Of a stretch of DNA of 64,000 bases, positions 24,780-37,659 are shown in pieces. Numbering within the stretch: the first letter of the stretch is position 1; every line of letters begins with the position of its first letter. Origin of the DNA: Marsupella aquatica (taxonomy: Eukaryota > Plantae > Marchantiophyta); contig OZ316893.1 in NCBI GenBank assembly GCA_973895155.1, forward strand, positions 1,302,860 to 1,366,859. The letters are read 5' to 3'. The notes below the pieces were generated by a model. It made no database searches, was not told the origin of the DNA, and worked only from the letters and a program-made list of their open reading frames with translations. The position numbers were made by a program, and so were the translations under genes.

Positions 24780-27115
24780 TAAAACTCACGACCCGGGCTT
24801 CTGCTGGGGTAATTAAGCTCATCCCCAAGAATCAGGATACCGTTGACCTTATCAACTGGAGACCGTTGACTATGCTCACTATCACTGAGAAATTGATAGC
24901 TAAGCTTGTGGCAAACCGTGTGAAGAAGGTGGCATCTCAGCTTGTGGACCCACAACAAACCGGATTTCTGGAAGGAAGAGACATCTTGGACAACCTGATG
25001 ACTTACAAAATGGCCCAAGAGTACACACAACTGACTAAACAGCAGCTGCTTTTTCTCAAGCTGGACTTCACCAAAGCCTATGACTGGGTCGCACACTCCT
25101 TCCTGTGGGCTGTGCTTAGGGTGATGAATTTTGGAGAGGAGGTGATCACTTTAATGAAAGGTCTGGTGAAGCAGACCCAACCCAAAGTCCACATAAATGG
25201 GAGGTTCACTGAACCGATTGACCTATAGAGAGGAGTGAGACAAGGATGCCCCCCTTTCCTCTCTCCTTTTCACCCTCACCACTCAACCGCTTATGGCTTT
25301 GCTCAAGAGAAGAATTGAGTGTAGGGATTGCAACGGGCTGGAACTCTGTGGAATGTGGATCACAGTCTGTGAATCACATTCCACAGACTGTGCTATCAAC
25401 TGTTTGCTGACGATCCACAGTCTGCTAATGTGAATGTGGATCACAGTCTATGGAATGTGGATGCAGACTGTGCTATCAACTGTTTGCTGACGATACCGGA
25501 CTATTCCTTGCAGCCACTGAAGCTGAGTTCACTTGTGCTAGGGAAACTATCAAGCACTATGAGAACATTTATGGGGCATTGCTGAATGTGCAAAAATCTA
25601 AGATCATCCCCATTTCACCTCAAGGACGGAATCTACCCTGGGTGGATGCAAGCTACGGGATGTAGGGTTGCCAAGGAGGGGGAGGTCACCAAATACTTAG
25701 GGAGCCCTATTGGGTACAAAGTCAGGCCCGCACATGAAGCTGCCTTTCTCATTGGGAAATTGAGAAAAAGACTGTCTCACTGGACCAATAGAAGCTTAAC
25801 TATGGCTGGCCGATCAATTTTACTAAAACATGTAGTCCGGTCCATCCCCACCTATCACTTGATGACATTGGAGCTATAACAGAATGGGTACAAAGAGATG
25901 GAGAAAGTTTGCAGACAATTTCTGTGGGGGCCCTCACGACAGACTGGCTGCAAGAAAGCTTTGATTGCTTGGAAGGACATTACTAACACCAAAGGTGATG
26001 GCGGATTGGGTATTCAACCATTTGAGGAGCAGGCCCAAGCCTTGAAGATGCACCACATTACTAAGCTCATCATGGGCACTGACAGAGAATGGATCAAGAT
26101 GGCTCATGACATCATCAAGAGAGGGCTTCATTTTGGACCCAAGAAGAAAGAGAGAAGAGGATGGACAGCTAGTGAAGCCATACTTCTGAGTGACAATCTC
26201 AAGCTCAAAGGATCCACGACGCTGAAAGGTTTGTTAAGAGGATGGCACCAAAGGAGCAAGCAGCTGAAGTTCAACTTTGGGGAGGGGCAGCTCCTTGCCA
26301 ATCTATCTATTGAGCAGACCGTTCTCTTGTATCTACGCAATAACACTATCTCTGATCTTGGAAGCATCCATTTGAGATGCTTCTTGGCTAATCGTGGAAT
26401 CAAGAAACTCTTGGACCTCAGAATAGGGATGGTGGGTGGATTCCCGAAGAGGCTATCACCCCAAGGTTGCGAAGCACCAGGATGGTGGGATTCGAGGAAT
26501 TCAGCATTTTCTACACCAAATTGCAGCAAAGCACAGGTATCACTGAGCACAACTTGCACGAGAGTGAGGGCTGGCAGTGGGGATGGAAGGGAAGAAATCG
26601 GGGCTGGAAATTCCCCAACTCTGTGTGGGCCACCTGCAACAAATGTCAACCATTGGATGTCACGAAGCTAAACAGAAGATGGGGACAAATCAGTCGACCA
26701 CAACAATGGCAACAAAAATGGAAGAAACTGTGGGGTGGGTGCCCTGGGCCCTCACGGGGGCCCTCACTCCATGTAAAAGAAGTGGACCCCCTGCGATCGG
26801 GCCCTTTTTGTGTTTACCCCTTGTTATTTCTGTTTTACCATTAAAAGTTCCCTTATTACCGGTAATAATTATAATTATTAGTTTAAAATGAATAAAAACT
26901 ACCATTCAAGCGTTCGCACGTCCTCCATGTATTAGTTAAGACTGAGGGCCCGGGGGTGGGTTCCCTAAGGTCCGCTTTCTCATCTGGCGGTTGATGCACC
27001 ATCATGGTTTCTTCACAAATGGCAGGGCCAGCCACTGGGGAGTAAGCAATGGTATCTGTGCTAGGTGCAAACTGCAATTTGAGGACACTGAACACCTTTT
27101 TTTCAGCTGCCGCAC
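24780..27115 (+). mobile_element. 5'-truncated, decayed L1-type LINE ORF2 (reverse transcriptase plus zf-RVT)
   Basis: GVIKLIPKNQ...NWRPLTML, QQTGFLEGRDILDN, KLDFTKAYD, RGVRQGCP, QLFADD, KYLG, FLWG...IAWKDI...GGLG and C-terminal CARC...EDTEHLFFSC. In-frame stops end at 25228 and 25879, and there are several frameshifts. Confidence 0.93.
26742..26954. mobile_element. 213-bp hAT-like MITE inserted in the LINE zf-RVT region
   Basis: Ends are CCCTGGGCCCTCA and TGAGGGCCCGGG, flanked by GGTGGGTG and GGTGGGTT (8-bp TSD, one mismatch). Removing the element plus one TSD restores the LINE frame KKLWGGFPKVRFLIWRLMHH. Confidence 0.75.
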
Positions 27116-27355
27116 CTTTTACCAGATGGCAGTACCCCTTTTACCAGTATCCCTTCCTACCTTGTGCACCTTGTTGTACCATACATTATGCACAAGAATT
27201 GTTATGGCCTAGCCTGCATGAAGAGATCAGGCTTTGACAACTCTCCTTCTGGAGATAAATGACATTTATACCTTGGTTTATACAGATTCACAATAAACAC
27301 AAAATAAGCCTCATAGCTATGATACATCTTCCTAAACTGCTCTTTGTTGTACCAA

Positions 27356-30126
27356 CACTAGTAGAAACCGGGGCATTTCATGACCAGACCAGTTATGACA
27401 GGCTTGACCACCAGAGTGCTTTAATAAAACGTCAGTCTTATGGATGTGACCCCACATGACTTGACAGTCACTAATGAGTCTACATAAGACACTAGAGCAT
27501 TGAAATTCTGAACAGTGGATAGTCCTAGTCATGCCTAGTCTAAGTAATATAAATGCAGTTGGTCCAACCACGTCCAATATAGTCATCAATTGGCTTGAAC
27601 ATTCTCATTGTGGGATTAATCCCGTTACTCCCACTTGGGCAACTTCCATTTTACCGTGGCGGTGTGGCTCACATGAACACTACAAAAAACCTTCAGTGAA
27701 GCAGAGTTTAGGGCAAAACTATGAAAAGTTTCCTTCCTACTACTTGTGAAGGGTGTGTGCACCCCTCAGAAAGTGGCCCACAGGTCTGTTAGAGGATTTT
27801 TAGGCTTCATAGAGAGTAATTAGTATAGTCGAGACGTTGTTTTGGAGCAAGTATGAAATGGTAGAAGTGACAAAATGGTTAAATAGAAATAGGAATTAAG
27901 CTCTATGCCCTTGACTTTTAGTTAGCAATAGGTGACATGAAGATTAGTTGAGAGAAAAAGAAAGAATTTTTTTCAAGCCATATTAGTATTGACATTTGAT
28001 AGTCTAAATGTAAGTTTTAGACAAGTGTCGGGATAGATAAACTAAGCTACTTAGGACTTGGGATAAATATTCTTCTTGGTGTTAGATTAGTAAGGGAATA
28101 ACCAGGAGTAGTTCTAGTAATTAGTCAAACTGCTGTAGTTGCTTGGAGATCAATCATGTAGAGGAATTAGTGAAATTTGGGGTTACACCAATTTGGCGGT
28201 GCCGCTAAATTGAATAGCTAGCTTAGAGGGGGACTTAGAAGGCCTTGCTACTGGCCAGTAACGAGGTGGAGAAAGGTCCAAGGGGGAGAAAATGTTGAGC
28301 CTAAAGTACAAGGGTCGAGCAGGAATCCAAGAGACCATCGAAGGTTTGTGGCTATGGAGGTAGCAACAGATCGGGAATTGTATCTTTAGCTTCAATTGCT
28401 CATTTTTGCATTGCATAGGTGCATTGGATTTGTCTTTGGATGCTCTTGCGGATGGCAGCTTTGATTTAGGCTTTCCTGGTACACCTCAAAGCTAGTAGAG
28501 GTCGCCATTTGACATGGAATCCAAAAATTTCCCTGGTAAAAGTTGCAGCAAATCGGGAGATGTATCTTAGCCATTTCTTGATCGTTTTTGGATTGGATTG
28601 GGGCATTGGATTTGCCTTTGGATACCCTTGATGCTATGAGCCAAGAATCAAGTCTCCCATCAGCTGCTCGAAGCTGAAGGAGCTTGAAGTTTAGGGTTTG
28701 GAATAACAAAGGCCAAATTAGTGCTACGGTTTAGGGAGCTGTATCTTTGGCATTCTACCATCATTTTTGGATTGGACAGCTAGGTTGGGATTGTCCTTGG
28801 ATTCCCTTTGAGGACATGCATTTGAACCAGGGCTTCAAAAGAATCGTTGGATGCTATAGGAGTTAGATCTGGGAGCCGGAAATTAGGGATTTGAGTGAGA
28901 AGATGCCAAAATCTGAGTTATTGCTTGACATGAGGGCTAGCTCGTGGCTTTCCTTGTTGGTTGTTGGATTCCAGGGGAGTAGTTGAGGTGTCCCTGGTTG
29001 CCATTCAGTGGAGATTGAGGTGCAGGACAAGGAGACAAGGAGAATTGATGCAAGATTTAATGTTCTCGTCAGGGAGAGCATAGTGTGACTGATTTGAGGT
29101 GGAAAATTTGTGTGCATTGCTGGTGGCTTGTGGGTGCTGCTCAGGGATCCAAGGAGTGATACCAGGGCAAGTGGGCACCCCAAGGTTGAGTATTGGAGAG
29201 ATCAGAGTGCTGTTGGAATCCACGAGAGAGATTTTAGGGCTAAAATGAGTGCCCAGGATACAATGTCAGAAATTATTGAGTTACTACTAGAGACCAGGGA
29301 GGAGCTACTAGAGTAAAAATTGAAGGTAGGAGCTAGGAGGAGGTACCCACGGAGGCCAAAAGTGAATTCAGTTCAGGAGTGATGCATGGAGGTTTGTGAG
29401 AACTTACCTAGGTAGTGAGTAGGACATTTAGAATAGATGAGCAACAAGTTAGCCAAATAAATTTCAGTTTCAAGCTTTGCAAGAGAGTAATTAGATGCAT
29501 TGGATGCTGTGATAGGAGGTAAAGAAGAGACAAGGAGGAGAGCAGCTACTGAGAGTGAGTGAGCTCTCAAGTTTCAGTTATTTAGTTGTGCAAATTTTCA
29601 GTTTCAGGGGCTTGTATGTTGTTGGCTGGTGGAAGCTATGTGCATTTTTGCTCAAGCCAAGCTGATCAGCACCTGTAGTGTCCCAACTCTAGGAAAATAG
29701 TGTGTGTATGAGAGACGGCTCAGCTTAGAAGATTCATCTGTGTTGGAAGCTTTGAATTGTGAGTTACATAAAGCAACCCTCTTGACTTATCTCACTCTAT
29801 TGTCCTATTTTTGATGTTGTATATGACTGGTGGGTTTGTATTATCTTCCATTTAGTCTGATGTTGAAGGTTCAAAAGTGTTAATTGGTTGTTCATAGTAG
29901 ACTATAGCACATTCTCATCCAAAAATGCCCAAGTATGGATTTGGTCATTATTAGTCACAAAATGTGTCTTAAAGCCTAGTCACAGATCTGACCACTCGAT
30001 TTCAGTCACTTTAAATAAGACACTATGTCAAAATTACGACTGGCTTGATACCCCCCAAACTTTAGTCACAAGGAGTCATGGGCAGTCGTAAAACCTAGTC
30101 ATATAACACCCTGTTTTCTACTAGTG
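27356..30126. mobile_element. Complete non-autonomous CACTA (EnSpm) DNA transposon, 2771 bp
   Basis: Left end CACTAGTAGAAACCGGGG; right end reverse complement CACTAGTAGAAAACAGGG. The 3-bp TSD CAA is present on both sides (27353-27355 and 30127-30129). Short TAGTC/GACTA subterminal motifs are present and no transposase ORF is seen. Confidence 0.9.
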
Positions 30127-31189
30127 CAATCCAATGTACAAGTTACTCTTACTCTGTCACTCCTCAAACCTGAAACAAGCTCAGTAAAAACTCTGTCAGT
30201 ATTCACTGTCAACCGCAAAGATTTTAGAAAGCTAAATGTCGCAAATATTATACAAGCTCACACTTACTGCAAGTAATTCCTTCCTACCTTGTCAATGCAC
30301 ACAAAAAAGTTGCCTCTATGCAAGTCATACAGCTCACCACCTCCATGAATGCCAAGCGTTTTTGGCATCTGTGACTACTTGTCAATTGATGGTCAATGTC
30401 AGCCATGATGGCTTTTTCAGGCCCCTCTGTTAATATGGAGTCATGCAAAAGTCAGACCGACATACATAGATCTGCAAGGCAGCACACAAAAGCTACAACC
30501 TGCAGAAAACAAGCTCACAACTCTCACCTTCTATTGCTTCTTGTTCGCCCCTTCTTTTGCAGACTTCTTGATTGCAGCTTTTAACACAATCTGAGCTCTT
30601 GTGAAGGCTACATGTGAGTTAATATTGAAATCTCTTGGTAGAATAGAGCTGAAACTACTCAAAGACCTCAGATCACTTCCACATCTCAAAACTCAGTTTT
30701 GAACTCCCAAGTAAATAGAAGTACTACACACTAGTGAGAAAGAGGCTCTTACATCGTGGTTGATGATTTTTGGTCCGGATGACATGACCATTTCTAGTTA
30801 ACATTGTGAGAATTGGGATCTGAAAGTTTGGACTGATCGTTGTGAGGGGAATGTCTACTTCTACCAAAGAAGGTAAGACTAGAAGTATCCATGTTTCATT
30901 GATCCAATTCTGGTTTGATTTGAGGCGATCTGGCTTTGTTCATCCCCTTTTTTGTATTGGCAATTAAGATTCGTCTCTCCTAGGGCCCAATATTACGTGA
31001 TGCCATGGACATTGCGCATGTACAACCAGAAGTATTTCACCATTGGAGACATTGTTATGGACCAAGATGGGTACATCCAAAATTTCAACTCCCAAAGCTC
31101 AAAAGATCCATTCAACATCAACATCCCTTGCGTTTACTCCTATCGAGACAATTGTCAAAAGAACAAACCGCAAGGAGGTCCTTGTTGCC

Positions 31190-31800
31190 ATGAGAATCCT
31201 GAGGCCCTCTATTCTGGAAGATGAAGCTGACCAAATTATTTTGAAGGGTTGTTTGGAGAAATTGGGATGTGACTCATTGTTGTAGTTTCCATGGAGTTTT
31301 TGGAGTGAAGACATAGTTACGGAGCTCCGGAACATAGAGATTCTGGTTGAGTTTAAGGAATCTGCCCACGGCCATCCTAACTGATGGACAAAGTCTATGA
31401 TTGCTTCAATTTTTGCATTGGAGGATGAGGGAGAAGGACTACTAGGCGAGCTGCTATGCAGGACTATCAATTTGACAGCCCCTTACTTCAAAGGAGAGAT
31501 ACACACAAATGATGGATTCTTGCCTTTTTGATCCCACTATTGTTTCCTAAGAAATCTAGCTAGGAGTTACTATTGGACTAGACTTTGCTATCATTGTTGC
31601 CTACATAGGAAAGAAGAAGATTTCTTGGGCTAAGATCATCCTTGATTCTCTTGAAGAAGTTGGTACAAAATCTATCTAACAAAAGCCAAACCTCTCTCTT
31701 GCTACTGGCGCATCTTTACATGTTTGAAGAAGTTTTATTCAAGCTGCAGGAGAAAAAGTCTTTTCTTGCCACGTTTAACTAGTTTGTGAAATATGGAAAG
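31190..31800 (+). pseudogene. Decayed ORF of probable TE origin, function unknown
   Basis: A protein-like reading continues through stops: LEDEADQIILKGCLEKLGCDSLL*FPWSFWSEDIVTELRNIEILVEFKESAHGHPN*WTKSMIASIFALEDEGEGLLGE... No catalytic motif recognised. Confidence 0.35.
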
Positions 31801-33299
31801 TTTGACCAAGACATCACTCAATCCACTTTTTATGAAATTTGGAATTTGTGAAAGAATGCCAACCCAGAAATATTTTTCACAAAATTAATATGAGGATTCA
31901 GACTCTCAAATGTTTATAGACTTAGGTTTAGTATGAAGTCTAGTTCCCTGCATGATGCTAGTTTTTACTTAAAAACTATAGTTTACATTTTGTTGCTTAG
32001 ATTTATCTAGTTAGTTTAGGATTGGATTTGAAGAGGTATATCTTTTCAAATTCACTTTTGGGACTTCACATATGAGGATAACAAAGAGACCCCAAATCAA
32101 ACTTTGAAATACATTCTATTTCTTCATTGAGTGTTTTGAAATAAATCAATGTCATTCCCTTTTTTCATATGATTGAGTAAAGAGAATAACAATTTTGGCA
32201 ATTCTTGAGTTGCCATGAAAATTTTGATGAATGCTAGTGTGCCTACAAAATTGTTGGAAGAGATCTTATGACTTACCAATATAGAAGATCCACTAATGAG
32301 AGCATTAACATATATTTGCATGGAGCTCATTTAAGCAATCTTGAATACATAGAGAGAAGTAAGTTAATTTCAAGGGTATCCAAGTATCATTTGAAGACCA
32401 GAAAAGTGTCTCGGGTGAACTTACATAATGGTCTTCTAAATTCAAGAGATCGAGAGGAATTTCTATGATAAATTAAAAAGCATATGCAACATTGTTTACA
32501 AATTCTTAAATTAGGCCATAATCCTTGTTGAAGGAATGGTGATAGTCAAAATTCAGTGTCCTTGCTGGATGAAGAGTCAAAGTGTTTCTCTCTAGTTTAT
32601 TTATTTATTATTTATTTATAGTATTATTCTTGCACTGTGGATCATGCAGATTATCCACTAGAGTCTTGTGGTTAAACGCTCATGTTATGGAAAATCATTA
32701 GAAATTTTCCCAACTTGAGGAATGTTGGTGTAACTTCTCAAATCATGTCAAATAAGTCTTTGAGATCTCATCCACTCATAACTGAAACAAAAACAAGTTA
32801 TTTCGGAGCTAAATAGTTATTTATCTCTTTATCACTTACTACTGCATGGTATTGCAATTGTTTCCTAAAATGACAAACATATTTCCTATTACCAACATTT
32901 TTTTTTCTATTACTAGCAAAATGTTACTATTACCAGGGAAAAGTCATTCTAAAAATGTCTCATGAAAAGGAACTTAAAGTCAAGATGGACTGATAAGTTG
33001 TCTATGAAGCCCCATGGACAAACCAAACTTGGATGTACTTGACTCAAACACACATACATGCTTGGATACTATTTGTTACACTTGTGTCCAAAAATACCAT
33101 GTCAGATCATCACTTTTGTTCACCTGTCCAAAAGTACCTCGTCAAATTACCATCTTTGTCCATTTTTGTCCAAAGATACCATGTACCAACCAGATCAGCG
33201 TTGATTGCCCGGTTTAATCTGACGGGCACCTTGACGCCTCGTCGGGCACGTCAAATCGTCAAATGACGGCCCGAAAACACGCAATTTGACGTATATTCC

Positions 33300-33895
33300 T
33301 GAAGATTCTCCCGAACGAACCCCGACTTCCCCGGACCTTTCGCGAACACCTCCCGAGCACCCCGGACCTGAACCCGAACTCCCCCTGACCCGAACCCGGA
33401 CTCCCGGGCCCTTCCCGGACCCTCCCCGGACCCTCCCGGGCCTTTCCCGGAACCTCGCCGGACCCTCCCCCGAACACTCCCCGGACTCTCGGGCCTTTCC
33501 CGGACCCTCCCCGGACCCCCACCCGAACCCTCCCCGGACCCTTCCGGGGCCGGCCGGGGTAAAGGTGGCCCGGGGGACGGGATTCGGGGAACTGGGGACG
33601 GGGGGCATTCGGGGAAGAGGATTCGGGGAACCGGGGAAGGGGGGGCGGGAAAGGGGGGCCGGGATTCGGGGATTTGGGGAACGGGGTTCGGGGAACGAGG
33701 TAGGGGGTTCGGGGAAGGGGGTTCAGGTAGGGGGTTCGGGGATGCGGGGAACGGGGTGCGGGGTGCGGGGTTCGGGGAACGGGGTGTGGGGTTCGGGGAC
33801 GGGGCTCGGGAATTGGTGGTCGGGGAAGAGTTAGGGGCGGGATTAGGGTTAGGGGAGCGAGATTAGGGTTAAGGGAGGCGCAATTAGGGTTAGGA
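33300..33895. repeat. Left subterminal repeat array of the hAT: C-rich CCCGRAC half, G-rich GTTCGGGG half, then TTAGGG-containing units
   Basis: Direct reading; strand composition flips near 33550, and TTAGGG units lie at 33831-33894. Confidence 0.88.
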
Positions 33896-34025
33896 TCAAA
33901 GATTAAGAGTTTTAAGAGAGGATAAGAAGTAGATGATTTAGTATAAGTAGGAATAACTAATTCATTTCACTAATCCAAAGTCTCATTGTGTTTCTCTCTC
34001 TTGTGGTTTAGCATTAGGGAGAGAT

Positions 34026-34380
34026 CGGAGGGATACATTGGAACTCTTGTACGCGCATGCTTTGAGCTCGGCTCGGTCTGCGATAATTCGTACGAGAAGT
34101 TCCTTATATCGCCTTAACAACTTTGCATCATTGTTTTGTTTGAAAGTGAACTACTTGCGAGTAAAGAGATACCCATGTGCATATGCTTAGAGCTTTGGCT
34201 CGGTCTATGACATTTCATATGGGTATCACGATTTCTCGTACATATGTTTACTTCAAAGATAAACTATTGTGAAGTTATAGATATTACATAACATTGGTTG
34301 AAGTAGGGATGTTGACAAATATAAGAATTTGGGAAACTTTCCTGCGCATGCTTTGAGCTTAGGCCCAGTCTGCGATAATT
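34026..34380 (+). promoter_or_regulatory. Three-motif module upstream of the transposase; inverted homolog of 43416-43768
   Basis: Copies of GCGCATGCTTTGAGCTCGGCTCGGTCTGCGATA at about 34053, 34178 and 34344. The module ends about 95 bp before the ATG at 34471. A regulatory role is inferred from position only. Confidence 0.55.
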
Positions 34381-34470
34381 CAGGAAAGTAACCCATTGTA
34401 CTATATTTGTTATATTCACAAAATCAAAAGAATCAACCCTTTTATTTTTTTACCATTGAGAGTCGTAACA

Positions 34471-37392
34471 ATGTCCGATGAAGAGGATTCGCATGAAACT
34501 GGATATCATTCCACTACTCCCAGGCCTGGTCCAACTCGTGTGCAAGAACACCCTTCAAAACAATCTCCAGTGTGGAGATATTTTGAATGATGTGATGCGC
34601 CTTCAACATGTCATGATGTCAATCGTATCTATCGAAGATGCAAGTATTGTTTAACATACGTTACTCATCATGCAACACGAGCAAAGGCGCATTTGATGGG
34701 AAACATCCAAAAAGGGGATGCGCCCCCTTGCATGCAACTCTATGGTGTCGTCGATTTGGATGCCATCAACATTATGTACAATGTGATAAAGGTTCCACCA
34801 ACCTTAAAGTACAAACGACGAGATGGAAGTCATATCTTGCGGGATGTGAGAGGTCGTAGGCCAAGCGTTGGAAGTTCATATTCGCAAGCATCCACACAAG
34901 GGTCAAACTATGTTGACATGGATGATACACATGTAAGGGAAGGAGATAGGCCAGTAAATCTTCCTAACCCAATTATGGATGCCTATCAAATTCCAAATAG
35001 AACAAATTTGGATAAGCTTTGGGCGAAAGCTTTCTACACCAGTGGTATTCCATTCAATGTTTCAAATAATCCTTTTTTTCCAGAAGCAGTCATAGAGACT
35101 TCAAAAGGGATTGTCAATGGTTATTCTCTACCTACGATGCGAAGTTTGCGATTGAAATTATTGGAAGATAGTAAGGAGGATCTCACAAAGGACATGACGC
35201 ACACTTTAAAGGAGGCAAAACCTTATGGGTATTCTCTTTCTTCAGATGGATGGGAAAACGTTCGAAGAGAACCTTTGATGAATGTCATGTTGTTGACTTC
35301 TAAAGGTGACTTCTTCTTGGATAGTTGGAATGCTGCGCAAGCTGACAAGAAAGATGGGAAATATCTTGGCGACATGTGGTTGAAATACATTGAGGATATT
35401 GGTGCAGATCATATTATTCAAATTGTAACTGATGGAGCACCCGCAAATCGCGTAGCAGGTTGTGAGGTAGTCATGAAAAAGTATCCTCATGTCACTTGGA
35501 GCTGGTGTGCTGCCCACGTGTTTAATTTGCTGCTAGAGGATATGTGTGGTCACAAGCGTGTAGTGCTAGATGATGCTGGACAGAATCCATTCCAAAAGAT
35601 TTTTAAACGGTTGAGGTGGATAGTAAAAGCAGTTTCATCATCGCAAAAGCTTTCTGCAATATTTGCAAGAAAATCTCCTGACAAAAAACTGTTGAATCCA
35701 AATGCAACTAGATTTGCGACCAATTTCCTAATGGCACAAAGAGCGTTGGAGCTAAGAGGAGCTTTACAACAGATGGTCATTGATGATAATTGGCAGTCTT
35801 ATCGTGATAGACTTCCATTGCGACCAAAATCAGCTGGACACATGACGAGGGGAAAGGCAGACGAACTTAAAATGTGGATACAGCAAGATACATTTTGGGT
35901 TGAAGTGAAGGATACAGTTAAATTCTTTACTCCGTTGGTCAAGATGTTGCGAGAATTTGATGGTGATTCTCCGCAATCAGGTTGGTTGTATTGGAGTTTG
36001 AAAAGAGGGATTGATGTTTTGAAAGCAAGCATGGAGGATTGTCCATTGGTAACAGAGGTATTGAAACCAAAGATACTAAAAGTGTATTTGGATCGGAAAA
36101 AATCTCTTACCACTGATTTCATGCTAGCGGCAGCATATCTCAATCCCCAAATGTTTTTTGATGAGGACATAGATGTCGCTAGAGATCCAAAACTCTACAG
36201 GGGTTTCAGTGAATACATTGCTAGATATTCAGAACAACAGGTGAAGGAAGGGATCAACCATGATCGCGACGTCAGAGAACTTATTTCTGCCATCCACAGT
36301 CAAGCCATTGACGCCCAAAAAAAAAATCCCAACACATCAATAGCGATGGGAGCCGCCCAATCATGTATAGGTAATGTCAGTCCAGCAGAGTGGTGGCATG
36401 CGTATGGTGCAGATTATAAACATTTGAGAATCCTGGCGCGAAGAATCTTACACCAAAAAGTGTGCGCATCAGCTTGCGAGCAAAACTGGAGTTCGTATGG
36501 ATTTATACATTCCAAAAGTCGCAATCGATTGACAAATAATCGAGCAAAAGATTTGGTGTTTGTATTTACAAACATGAGGGTAGAGAAAGGGCTCACAAAT
36601 GTTCGAAACCCGCATACGTTTATATATGAACGTTATGACCAAAGAAGAAGAACAAATGATGGACCTAGACCTATCTCCATGGAGTTGTGCAGCAATGAAG
36701 AGTACGATGCAACACGTGCGGCTCTTGGTGAAGAAGATGTCAAAGATTATGATACAATTGATGATGCTGATGAATTGCTACACGGATTTTCACTGGATAA
36801 GGATAGTGAGTTCTTGACTCGTATTCCACCAGATACAGACATCATTGCTGCAGAGGAATGGGAGAATGAAATGGATTTGGAGATGTATCCTACAATTGAT
36901 GAATCGCAAATCCAAGACGAGGAAGATGCATCACTGGACAGAAACTTTGTGATGCCTTCCCAACCAAGGTCACCTTGGTCGAACTTTGCGAATGATGTTG
37001 ACACAAGCAGACCATATTTCAACGAGCAACGCACAGGCACAGCAGGGCATCCGACGAATGGAAGGACATCAACCTTTTTTCATGGATACAACAATCATGA
37101 AGGTCAAACTTCAAACGACCCACATGCAAACTGGCAACACCATGCAGGTCCACCCTTGAATGCGTATGCAGGGCCAAGTGTCATGAATCCATATACGTCG
37201 AACAGGCCTATTGGATTGGTGGGTTTCGAGGAATATCATCATTTCAAGAAACATCGCACAATGTTCAGTCACACAATCGTGATCCACTCAGTTGGGGCGA
37301 CAAACAAGACGAGTGGAATGCGCTTTTGTGCAAAAATCTTAACAACAATGCACGAAATTTCTCTTCACAGCCTTGAAGCATCTTTTCATTAG
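34471..37392 (+). pseudogene. hAT transposase (BED zinc finger, DUF659/RNase H-like DDE core, hATC dimerisation domain) with one premature stop
   Basis: ATG at 34471: MSDEED...SPVWRYFE*CDAP...RCKYC...TRAKAHL (BED finger, in-frame TGA at 34588-34590), continuing in frame into the 899-aa ORF. That ORF has SSDGW, VTDGA, WCAAH, TRF, EWW..YG and ASACEQNWSSYGFIHSKSRNRL, and an acidic low-complexity tail. Confidence 0.95.
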
Positions 37393-37659
37393 GATAATAT
37401 CAAGTGTTGCTACTCTTATATTGTCGTATCTGACATAGACAAAATTATAAACAATTATATTTTTTGTAACATGATTGTATTGTCTTGCAGTGTGTTTATT
37501 ATTGTACAATGATTGAATAATTTATTTGTATTTGCATTTGAGAATGTCATAGAGACACACCAACGCAACATGTTTTCCAAATCTCCAACACTGACTATTT
37601 CAAAGTACCTTGTTGTTGGCCATAGCAGCCGTAGTCCATACCAACCCCCTCCATTAATT

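Noticed and set aside
30729-30745. CACTAGTGAGAAAG as a CACTA left end
   Set aside because: No matching right TIR or TSD found in the window.
33195-33834. Pro/Gly-rich ORFs on both strands (extensin- or collagen-like)
   Set aside because: They arise from stop-free GC-rich subterminal repeats of the hAT.
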